Virus record (IMG/VR): IMGVR_UViG_3300036715_003906
Location: 124,001-188,000 of that record
DNA length: 64,000 nt
Reading direction: 5' to 3' (one strand)
Part shown: in pieces, positions 34,569 through 42,692 of the stretch
How the letters are laid out: each line of letters starts with the position of its first letter
Numbering within the stretch: the first letter of the stretch is position 1
The notes under the pieces: generated by a model
The model's database searches: none
Seen by the model: the letters and a program-made list of their open reading frames with translations, nothing else
What the model was told of the DNA's origin: nothing
Program-made: the position numbers and the translations under genes

Positions 34569-37500
34569 TTAGGCGCGGCGGGACTGGGGCGGGGGAAAGG
34601 GGACCGCCTTTGGCCGGGGCTTCGTCGAGGCAAAGCGGTTGCTGTCCTCCCCCTCGGCCGGCGGGGGGGTCAAGGTGAGACCGAGGCTCGTGGCGATCTT
34701 CTCCTTGACGTCCGACCCCTCGGCGAGCATCCGGCCCACTTCACCGTAGATGGCCCGCGTCACCTCGTTGAAGGTGGCGTCGTTGACGGTGAACATATCC
34801 TTTTCGAGCTTCTGCCGGGTGTCGTGCGGGTCGATGTTGAACATCTCCAGGATGACGTCGATCGAGACCGACCCCTTCTGGTACAGGTTGAACAGCGCGT
34901 CGAACGTGTCCTGGCTGTCCCGGAGCGGCAGGCGGGTGAAGCTGAGGGACGGGTAGAGGACCACTTCCTCGCCCCACTCGTCGAGTTCGATGAAGCCCTT
35001 GCGCCGGGCCACGGGCTTGAACAGGTACTCCTCGACGTACTCCTGCAAGATCTCCCGCAGAAACAGGTAGCGCTGGTTGATCACTTCGAGCTTGAGCCGG
35101 TCGCCCGAGTAGAGGGTCTCGCCCGAGAGAAGGCTCTCGGTCACGCCCAGGCCGGTGCGCAGGTGGCGCTCCGTGATCTCGTACTCCGAGGACAGGTCGA
35201 GGAGCCTGTCGCGGCTCCCCATCTCCTCCCAGTGCAGCTCGTAGTTGACGATGATCGAGTAGTCGGGGTCGACGAGGGCGTAGTCCACCTGATCGCGAAG
35301 GGCCTCGACGTCGTTTTCGCTGAGGTCGTCGGCCCAGATGATCCGCTTCGGGGTCATCGCCCGGCTGGCGATCTGGGTCTGCGCCTGGCGGAGCTTCTCC
35401 CGGTAGTACAGGGTGCGAAGGCAGTTGGAAGTACGCGAAAGTCCAGCGAAAAACGAGTGGTCTTCGTGGACGTTGAGGCTGTAGACCGGCCCCTCGTGCA
35501 TGGCCGTCGAGACCGATTGCACCCGGTAGAAGAGCTTCCCCTCGTGCTCGACGTGCCGTGACCCCGAGCGCCCGTCCTTCCACTCGTCAGGATCTTGCCG
35601 CTTGGCAAGGAAACCCGACTCGAAGAACGTCTTGACGGAAGGACCATGCGTAAAGTGAACGGAGTGCAAGGGCTTCGCCCAAGCCCTCTCTCCGTTCGCC
35701 TGCCTGACCCAACGTTCCTTCGTAGGCTTCGTCTTGGAGACCGGGATGCCGAGGGACGTGCAGAGCAAGAAAATCTGATCCATAAGCACATGGTTCGTAC
35801 CGTTGAACCGGACGCAGATGCTCCCGTCTTTCTTGCGGACGACATCCCCATCGGAGTCACAGAAACCTCGAAGGAGACCGAGCAAGAACCCCTTGTTGGC
35901 GTCGAAGACCCACGCGGGCAGGTGTTTGTCCTCGCTCGTGTGCCCGAAATTTGCGGCCATCCAACGCACGAGAGCGTCCTGGTAGCCGTCCATGTGGACC
36001 CCAGCCCCAGCATGGCTCTCCGACCACACGACCTTGAGCACGTCGAGCATCGGCTTGATCTGCTCTTGGATCGCCTTAACGGACGCGGGCTCGTTGGGGC
36101 CGTAGGTGAACCCGAGCGTACCGTAGTCGAGCCCCTCGTGCTTCGTGATGTGCCCGTCCCCGAGCCAGAAACCGAGGAAGTACCCGAAACCTGCAACCAG
36201 CGGGAGCACCCGCATGGGGAAGGTCTTGGTGTGGGCGGCGCTCGTCGGGGCTTTCAAGCCGGACTTGTTGGGCGGGAAGTTGAGGGTCTTGTCCTTGGCG
36301 ACCGTCACCCCGTACCCGAGCGACACGAGTTGGGACCGGATCTCCTTGAGCGTGACCGGATGAAGGCCGAAGCGTTCGCAGACTTCGGCCGAACGCATCG
36401 CCACGGGCTCCGTGAGCGTCGATGCCCATTCGAGGATGACGTTGAGGTCGTTGGTGCGACCGACCTTTCGAGGGTCCGTCTGTTCCTTCTCATACCTGAC
36501 CGTGAACGAGTGCGTCGTCCGGTCCACGACCTCCCAGCGAAGGTCTGAGGTACCTCCAGAGCGACGGGCACGGTAGTCGGCCTCGACCCCGTGCATGAAC
36601 TCCGCGAGATCGACGCCCCCAACCAACGAACCAGAAAGCGGGACCTGCGCGACCTGAAGGTAATCCCCAGCCCGGATGTCCTCCGCAGGAAGCTCGACCA
36701 CGGACCCGTCGCGAAGCACGGGGTACTTGTGGTCCTTCGTGCAGCCCACTGGCGGCTCGATCTTGGCGACGTGAAGAAGCGCGATCTCCTCCGCCACGGG
36801 ACGGACACCGACCTCGAACTCACGCCACGCCCCCGTGTGCGAAAGCACTCGATCCGTGTCGGGATCGAGATCCTCGATGTGGACTTGCCGAACCACCCCG
36901 TCCCGTTTCACGAGAACCGGGGTGCCTGCGATGTGGCAGCGGTCGAGGATGGACTGGCCCAGCTCGTCCCCCGCACCCTTCCGGGCCGAGAGCATGTGGA
37001 CGAAGGACCCCTCGTCCGGGTCGTCGCCGAGGGGGATCAGGTGCCCGTTCTCGATGTAGTCCCGGATCTCGGCAGGGATCTCCTCGACCATCTCCGACGC
37101 AATGGGGTCGCCCATCTTCGCCTGCTGGATGAGGGCCCGATCCCGGTCCGAGGGGATCAGCTCGACCCGCATCTTGTCCGAGAAGTCGAAGGTCGTGACC
37201 TTGACCTGGTCGATCGGGAAAATGATGATCCGGTCCCACCCCTTGTAGTGCTTCCGGTAGTAGGCGTCCTCCTCCTCCTCGCGGGTGTCCTTCTCCACCC
37301 TCTCGACGTCGTCGACCTCGCGGGCCCCGTGCTCGTCAACCACGCTGCGGCGGACCTTCTTGGGCTCGTAGCCGACGTCGTCAGGAAGCGGGACCTGGTG
37401 GTCCTCGGCGAAGATGGCGACGTTGCCGTCCAGCCAGTAGTGGCGGACGATGGTCGCCAGCCGCTGGAACAGCTTGACCTTCTTCGACATCTTCTGGAAG

Positions 37501-37943
37501 AAGGAGAGGATGTACTTGCCGTACTGCTCGGGGCTCGTGAAGCCCTCGGGGTGCGAGATGGGCTTCGGGGCCGCCAGTCGCACCTTCGACAACGGCAGCT
37601 CCGTGTGCAGGTCGATCGACTGCGCGACGATGGGCTCGGAGTTGTAGAAGTGCCGGTAGATCTCCCGCTTCTCGCGGAGAGACTGCGGCAGCTCCAGGAA
37701 GTCGGTCGAGAGCTGGGGGGAGAAGAAGGACCCGTTCTGGGCCAGACTCGTGTAGCCGCCCATGCCCCCGGCGTAGTTCGCCGTGCGGGTGTTCCCTGCC
37801 AGACCCTCGCGGCGAGCCCGACGCTCCAGGGGGGTCAGGGGCATCATCTGCACAGGGGACGCCACCCGGGGGTGGTTCCGACGCATGTGGGGGTCGAGGG
37901 CAGCCTGAACGGGCCGGGCCGAGGTGTAAGGGCGTGGGGGCAT
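34569..37943 (-). CDS. Portal protein with an intein
   Basis: Downstream of TerL; R...RHFY...PIV...IDL..ELPLS and YW..GN motifs; C-terminal L.F..L.L.D. GAGGAG RBS. Confidence 0.85.
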   Translation of the reverse strand: MPPRPYTSARPVQAALDPHMRRNHPRVASPVQMMPLTPLERRARREGLAGNTRTANYAGGMGGYTSLAQNGSFFSPQLSTDFLELPQSLREKREIYRHFYNSEPIVAQSIDLHTELPLSKVRLAAPKPISHPEGFTSPEQYGKYILSFFQKMSKKVKLFQRLATIVRHYWLDGNVAIFAEDHQVPLPDDVGYEPKKVRRSVVDEHGAREVDDVERVEKDTREEEEDAYYRKHYKGWDRIIIFPIDQVKVTTFDFSDKMRVELIPSDRDRALIQQAKMGDPIASEMVEEIPAEIRDYIENGHLIPLGDDPDEGSFVHMLSARKGAGDELGQSILDRCHIAGTPVLVKRDGVVRQVHIEDLDPDTDRVLSHTGAWREFEVGVRPVAEEIALLHVAKIEPPVGCTKDHKYPVLRDGSVVELPAEDIRAGDYLQVAQVPLSGSLVGGVDLAEFMHGVEADYRARRSGGTSDLRWEVVDRTTHSFTVRYEKEQTDPRKVGRTNDLNVILEWASTLTEPVAMRSAEVCERFGLHPVTLKEIRSQLVSLGYGVTVAKDKTLNFPPNKSGLKAPTSAAHTKTFPMRVLPLVAGFGYFLGFWLGDGHITKHEGLDYGTLGFTYGPNEPASVKAIQEQIKPMLDVLKVVWSESHAGAGVHMDGYQDALVRWMAANFGHTSEDKHLPAWVFDANKGFLLGLLRGFCDSDGDVVRKKDGSICVRFNGTNHVLMDQIFLLCTSLGIPVSKTKPTKERWVRQANGERAWAKPLHSVHFTHGPSVKTFFESGFLAKRQDPDEWKDGRSGSRHVEHEGKLFYRVQSVSTAMHEGPVYSLNVHEDHSFFAGLSRTSNCLRTLYYREKLRQAQTQIASRAMTPKRIIWADDLSENDVEALRDQVDYALVDPDYSIIVNYELHWEEMGSRDRLLDLSSEYEITERHLRTGLGVTESLLSGETLYSGDRLKLEVINQRYLFLREILQEYVEEYLFKPVARRKGFIELDEWGEEVVLYPSLSFTRLPLRDSQDTFDALFNLYQKGSVSIDVILEMFNIDPHDTRQKLEKDMFTVNDATFNEVTRAIYGEVGRMLAEGSDVKEKIATSLGLTLTPPPAEGEDSNRFASTKPRPKAVPFPPPQSRRA
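35424..36938 (-). mobile_element. Intein (505 aa) with LAGLIDADG homing endonuclease
   Basis: CHIAGTPV (A), CTKDHKY (B), FLGFWLGDG and LLRGFCDSDG (C, E), VYSLNVHEDHSF (F), TSN/C (G). Confidence 0.92.
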
Positions 37944-38361
37944 CGATCAGCTCCTCACCGTAAAGGCTCATAAGGTCATCAAATGGGGACGGACGGGCCA
38001 CCGCCCGCCTCTCCTCGGTCCGGGCCCGTCTTGCCGCCGCCTCGGCCTGGCGCTGGGCCTCCTCCTGGCGATACTCACGGCCCCGCACGAGGAGCCGGTC
38101 GTAGATAGCCGCCCGGCCGAGGGCCTGGTCCACCATCCCCCCGGTGCGGGACCAGGCGCTGGCGCACGCCAGGAGCTTCGGCCGGTCAGGCTCCTCCTCG
38201 GGGGTGAGGCCGTGGGGGCCCCCTTGAAGACGGGCCCGCTGAGCGAGGACTTGGCCCAGAGACGTGAGCCGCTGGGCATCGCGGCGGAGGCTGTCCCGGA
38301 GCTGGCGAATCTCGCCGAGCACCTCTTCCGCTGTCATCCGCGAAGGGTCTGGACCGGGCAT
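37381..38361 (-). CDS. Hypothetical helical protein (probable true end near 37927-37945)
   Basis: Coding-like only to about EELIDA; the remaining ~180 codons overlap the portal in another frame; in-frame TTA at 37927-37929. Confidence 0.5.
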   Translation of the reverse strand: MPGPDPSRMTAEEVLGEIRQLRDSLRRDAQRLTSLGQVLAQRARLQGGPHGLTPEEEPDRPKLLACASAWSRTGGMVDQALGRAAIYDRLLVRGREYRQEEAQRQAEAAARRARTEERRAVARPSPFDDLMSLYGEELIDAPTPLHLGPARSGCPRPPHASEPPPGGVPCADDAPDPPGASGSPRGSGREHPHGELRRGHGRLHESGPERVLLLPPALDRLPGAAAVSPREAGDLPALLQLRAHRRAVDRPAHGAAVVEGATGGPEAHLAPRGLHEPRAVRQVHPLLLPEDVEEGQAVPAAGDHRPPLLAGRQRRHLRRGPPGPAS

Positions 38362-38364
38362 GGG

Positions 38365-38883
38365 CTACATCGAGGTCTGGATGTGGAGGTAGTAAGCGTT
38401 CGCGGGCTTGGGAATCTGCGCCACGAACCCTGTGAAGAAGGCCGGCGCGAGGGGGTCTCCCGCGGGGGTCATCTCGTCCTCGTTGGTCCAGAGACCCCGG
38501 CGGCTCAGGTAGAGGACGTCGTTCGGCAAGTACGTGAGGGGCACAAGGGGTCCCGGGCCCGTGCGGCTCGTGTAGGTGTACCGCTCGTAGCTCGTCGTCC
38601 CGATCAGGCAGCCGCCCGAGAACATCGTGGCGTAGCGGTAGTGGGGCTGACTCCGGGTCATCGCCGTGAAGTCGTCCCCGGGCTCGTTGGACCCCCAGAT
38701 GAGGAAGCCCCCATAGAGCCCGGTCGAGTAGGTCACGACCCGCTCATCGAGCGGGCTGTCGGCCCACTGGACGCCCTGACCCCCCGCCCAGCCGCCCGTG
38801 ACCATGGCGTCCGCCACGACGACCGTCTGCCGGTCCCCGTAGAAGTAGAGGATGCAGTCCCGACCTCGCTGGATGTCCCTCAT
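38365..38883 (-). CDS. Hypothetical protein, paralog of 38880..39398
   Basis: RDCIL..GD..TV.V...GW.GGQGVQW...WGSNE..D.FT...T..YERYTY.SR. Confidence 0.7.
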   Translation of the reverse strand: MRDIQRGRDCILYFYGDRQTVVVADAMVTGGWAGGQGVQWADSPLDERVVTYSTGLYGGFLIWGSNEPGDDFTAMTRSQPHYRYATMFSGGCLIGTTSYERYTYTSRTGPGPLVPLTYLPNDVLYLSRRGLWTNEDEMTPAGDPLAPAFFTGFVAQIPKPANAYYLHIQTSM

Positions 38884-39398
38884 ATCGACACCTGGACGCT
38901 CAGGTACTGGGAGGTCGCCGCCGAGGGCGCCTGGGAGACGAAGCCCAGGTAGAACTGGTTGGGGGCCCGCGGGTCACCGCTGAGGGTCCATTCGTCCTCC
39001 TTCGTCCAGAAGCCCCGGAGGCTGAACACGAGCCGGTCGCTGGCCTTGTAGACCAGGGGGACCAGGGGCCCGGGACCGGTGCGGCTCGCGTAGGTGTACC
39101 GCTCGAAGGACCGCGTCGAGATGTGCCAGCCCCCCGCCCCGAGCACCAGGTAGCGGTAGGTGGGGAACTGCCCCGACATGGCCGTGAACTCGTCGCTCGA
39201 CTCGTTCGAGCCCCACAGGGCAAAGCCGCAGTAGTACCCGTCCGACCGCTTGACCGTGGGCAGGCCCCCCACGGACGTCGTCCACTGGATGCCGCTGCCC
39301 CCTTGCCACCCCTGCGCGGCGAAGTCGGCATCGACGGCGACCGTGTACGAGTCCCCTTTGACCAGGATGATGCAGTCCCGATGGCGGACGAGTTCCAT
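38880..39398 (-). CDS. Hypothetical protein, paralog of 38365..38883
   Basis: Start reassigned to MELVRHRDC (TGATG overlap); same motif set. Confidence 0.7.
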   Translation of the reverse strand: MELVRHRDCIILVKGDSYTVAVDADFAAQGWQGGSGIQWTTSVGGLPTVKRSDGYYCGFALWGSNESSDEFTAMSGQFPTYRYLVLGAGGWHISTRSFERYTYASRTGPGPLVPLVYKASDRLVFSLRGFWTKEDEWTLSGDPRAPNQFYLGFVSQAPSAATSQYLSVQVSI

Positions 39399-39646
39399 CA
39401 GACGAACTCCTCCTCCGTGGTCGGGCGACCGGGGATCTTGACCCAGGCCGTGACGATGTCCTTGAGCAAGCCGAGGTGCTTCGGGGACCCGGAGACGATG
39501 GCCTCCCACTCCCCACCGCGCTGGCGGAAGGCGAGACGGAGGGTGACGTAGTCCTTGGGCTCGATGACCAGGCCGCCGCCCGTCAAATGGTCAACGAGCT
39601 GGCGGAGCAGCTTGTTGGCGAAGACCTTGGGGACGTTCTCTTCCAC
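39398..39646 (-). CDS. Small hypothetical protein
   Basis: 82-aa ORF directly after TerL. Confidence 0.55.
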   Translation of the reverse strand: MEENVPKVFANKLLRQLVDHLTGGGLVIEPKDYVTLRLAFRQRGGEWEAIVSGSPKHLGLLKDIVTAWVKIPGRPTTEEEFV

Positions 39647-39649
39647 GGG

Positions 39650-41635
39650 TCAGAACCGGCCCCGGCCACCGCGGGGGGCCGTGCGCCGCTCCGTGAAGAC
39701 GCCGTGCTGACGAGCCCGGGCCACGTTGTAGCCCGTGAGGTTGACGGGCCCCGAGACCGAGGACCCCTGCCCCCCGAGGATGGACGGGCTGGTGCCGGCG
39801 ATCCGCTTCCCCCCGGAGAGCCGCTGGGACGAGAGCCAGAACGAGCGGATGAGGGCGTCCGAGGCGTCGTCGTGACAGCCGGCCGGGGCCTGCACCGTGA
39901 TGACGTTCCGGCTCACCTGCTCGGCTTGCAGCGCGAGAAGCTCTCCGATCAGCGGGCTCCGTTTGCCGGTCACGCCTTTGGGCCAGTCATAAAGACTCAA
40001 GCGCTTGTCGAGCATGAGCAGCTTGACCGACTGGAACATCTTGCTCGTGACGTCGCGGGTGAAGAACTCGCTCTTGAGCTGGGAGAGGCCGAGCTTCGTC
40101 AGGGACTGTTCGAGGGGGATGCCGTTCCACCGGTCGAAGAGCCCGTCGGCAAAGTAGAAGCGGCGGGACAGGGCGAAGATCCACTTCGCGATCTCGTCGA
40201 AGTCGAGCCGGTCCACGGTGGCCAGGGTCTGGGCGTAGGGGGTCGGGTAGTGCGTCCCGAGGTGGGGGTTGGTCTCCCGCCAGTCCTCCCCCGCCCGCCA
40301 CAGCTCGTGGTAGTCGAGGATGATCTTGTCCCCCTCGACGTGGGTGATCGCGACGCCCGTGCCGTCGCCGATGAGACCGACGTCGATCCCGAGGGCGTGG
40401 GGCTGCCGGGGGACGCCCATCTCCTTCGGCCGCAGGTTCGGGTCGATGCACTCGAGGAGGTCGACGTCCCGCTCGATCCAGCCGCGGATACGGTCGGAAA
40501 ACTGGGCCCCGTGCTCGACCATGAAGGTCGCGGGGTCGGAGTGGTAGCGCTGGCGGTAGTAGCTCGGGTCGACGGTCGGGTTGACCTCCCAGGTGGGCCC
40601 CTGGATCGCGAGCATGTTCTCGCTCCCCTCGGCCCGGCTCATCGCCTGGTGGTACAGCTCGTAGAACTTCCCCGACTTGTTGAGGGGGGAGCTGATGCAG
40701 ATGATCCGCGAGTCGACCGGCCCGATCGGGACCTGGCTGTCGTTCGGGTCCTTCGGGGAGAAGGCCGCCGTCGAGGGCGTGACCGCGCCGTACACCTCGG
40801 CCGCCGAGCTTTGGCCCGTGTCCTTGAAGTGGGCCATCTCGTCCATGATGACGACGACGTTACCCGAGCCGCGGAGACCCTTGGCGATGCAGGACTTGAA
40901 CGTGACCCGGAGCGTGGCCTTGCCGTTGAACGACGTGAACTTGCCGTTCTCGTGACGGCTCGTCGGCCCGTACTTCTCGATGTCGTTGGGCGTCCGAAAC
41001 TGGATGTGCGACTGCGTGTTGTTGGCGATGTACGGCTTGAAATACTCGCAGCGCGAGAGGTGGGTCGTCACCTCGTTGAAGAGGATGCCCGCCTGCTCCT
41101 TGTCCGTCGCGACGCTGATGATCTGGATACGGTTACCGTTCGGCAGCCCGTAGTACCCCTGCGGGTGGTTCAGGTTGAGGAGCCGGTAGACCTCGTAGCT
41201 GGCGAAGATGCCCGACAGGGTCGTCTTGCCGGCGCGGCGCCCGATGGCGAGGAGCAGCTCCCGTCGCTCATGGTCCTGCACCCCGATGTTGCACCGGCCC
41301 TCGTTGTACAAGAACTGGAGGTACTCGACCTCCGTGAACTCGTAGATGACCCGGGTGTTGAACATATCCGTCACGCGGATCGTCTTCACCCGGTCTTCGA
41401 GCGGCAGGTGGTAGTAGAGCTTGACGATGAAGCGCTGGACCGGGAAGAGGCGCATCCCAAGGCCCCAGCTCGACTCGATGTACTCCAGGACGTTGTAGAT
41501 GGCGGGGCGGGGCGGGACAGGAGCACCCTCCCCGGCGACCGGGGTGTCCCGGGCCGTCATGTCCCGCTTGGCCTCCTGGGCCGCGGTCCGCAGGAGATCC
41601 GTGAGGGACGGGCCCGTGGGCTTCTTGACGGCCAT
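39650..41635 (-). CDS. terL: Terminase large subunit
   Basis: Walker A IGRRAGKTT, ATDKEQA, Walker B VVIMDEMAH, ISSP coupling motif; RNase-H nuclease GIDVG and HDDASDA. Confidence 0.92.
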   Translation of the reverse strand: MAVKKPTGPSLTDLLRTAAQEAKRDMTARDTPVAGEGAPVPPRPAIYNVLEYIESSWGLGMRLFPVQRFIVKLYYHLPLEDRVKTIRVTDMFNTRVIYEFTEVEYLQFLYNEGRCNIGVQDHERRELLLAIGRRAGKTTLSGIFASYEVYRLLNLNHPQGYYGLPNGNRIQIISVATDKEQAGILFNEVTTHLSRCEYFKPYIANNTQSHIQFRTPNDIEKYGPTSRHENGKFTSFNGKATLRVTFKSCIAKGLRGSGNVVVIMDEMAHFKDTGQSSAAEVYGAVTPSTAAFSPKDPNDSQVPIGPVDSRIICISSPLNKSGKFYELYHQAMSRAEGSENMLAIQGPTWEVNPTVDPSYYRQRYHSDPATFMVEHGAQFSDRIRGWIERDVDLLECIDPNLRPKEMGVPRQPHALGIDVGLIGDGTGVAITHVEGDKIILDYHELWRAGEDWRETNPHLGTHYPTPYAQTLATVDRLDFDEIAKWIFALSRRFYFADGLFDRWNGIPLEQSLTKLGLSQLKSEFFTRDVTSKMFQSVKLLMLDKRLSLYDWPKGVTGKRSPLIGELLALQAEQVSRNVITVQAPAGCHDDASDALIRSFWLSSQRLSGGKRIAGTSPSILGGQGSSVSGPVNLTGYNVARARQHGVFTERRTAPRGGRGRF

Positions 41636-41638
41636 GGG

Positions 41639-42298
41639 TCAGCGCAGGGCGTCCTCGGCCCGGGCTTCCCATCCGTCGAGGCCGGTCAGGAGCTTGTTGA
41701 AGAAGAGGTCGAACTGCTGCGCGGGGAGGACCTCCTCGGCCACCTCCCGGATGACCCCGATCCAGATCTCGTAGACCTTGCGCATCTCGGCCCCGCGGAA
41801 GTCGATGGACTCCGCCCCGAGCCGCTTGATCTCCAGCTCCAGGTGCGCGACCCGGACCAGGGCATCGATCCGCCGGGACGAGAGCTGGGACGTGTCCTTG
41901 CCGTACTTCTCGTTCTCGGTCCGCTGGAACCGGAGGGCCGCGGCTTCCTTCGCCACCTCGGCCTTGATCGTCCGCAGGGACGATGCCGCGTCCATGCCCC
42001 GGGCAAGGGCCGCCTTCACGACCGGATCGTTCTGGATGTACCGGTCCTTCGCCGCCGACATGGCAGCGTGGTACTCCAGGTCGCTCGTCGTCGGCATCCG
42101 CTCGACCTTGCGAGGACGCCCCGGCTTACGGGCCACCTTGAGAGCGTGGCCCCCCTTGGACGCGCCGCCCACCGTCGGGGCCGCGTGAACCGGCAGGAGG
42201 AGACGGGACTCGTCCCCGGGTAGGACCTCGACCTCGTGTTCGACGCCCTCCTGCTCGGAAAGGATGTCGGTGTCGGGCGTGCTGGATTCGTTCTTCAT
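41639..42298 (-). CDS. Putative terminase small subunit
   Basis: Directly upstream of TerL; AT-hook-like RKPGRPRK plus a helical body. Confidence 0.55.
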   Translation of the reverse strand: MKNESSTPDTDILSEQEGVEHEVEVLPGDESRLLLPVHAAPTVGGASKGGHALKVARKPGRPRKVERMPTTSDLEYHAAMSAAKDRYIQNDPVVKAALARGMDAASSLRTIKAEVAKEAAALRFQRTENEKYGKDTSQLSSRRIDALVRVAHLELEIKRLGAESIDFRGAEMRKVYEIWIGVIREVAEEVLPAQQFDLFFNKLLTGLDGWEARAEDALR

Positions 42299-42308
42299 GG
42301 GGGTCTCC

Positions 42309-42692
42309 TCAGAGCTTGCGGCCCGCGGGGTCGGCCCCGCCTCCGCCCTCGGTCTGAATCAGGTACTGCGACAGGTTGCGCACCGCGTCGTATCCCTTGT
42401 CCTTGGGGATCTGGTTGCGAATCACCTTCGACAAGTCCTTGCCCGTCTCGGCCAGGTTGCGGACGCCCATCTGGTCGGGCGTCCCCGCAAAGACGTCCTC
42501 GGGACGAACGTCCCGACGACCGGGCGAGACCGTGTCCTTTCGCCGGTCTTCCACGCCTCGGGCGTGCTCCGCGACGATGTCGGGGTCGATGCCCCGGGGC
42601 TTGTTGACCGGGTGGGTCCGGCGCTGGGCCTCCTGGCGGGCCACGGCCGCCGCAAGGGCCCGGGCCGCCAGCCGCTGGGCAAGAGGGGTCAC
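42309..42692 (-). CDS. Hypothetical protein
   Basis: GTGA-coupled start; coding-like. Confidence 0.55.
   Translation of the reverse strand: MTPLAQRLAARALAAAVARQEAQRRTHPVNKPRGIDPDIVAEHARGVEDRRKDTVSPGRRDVRPEDVFAGTPDQMGVRNLAETGKDLSKVIRNQIPKDKGYDAVRNLSQYLIQTEGGGGADPAGRKL

Noticed and set aside
39650-41635. Intein in the terminase large subunit
   Set aside because: ATPase and nuclease motifs are at normal spacing; no block A/B/F/G motifs.
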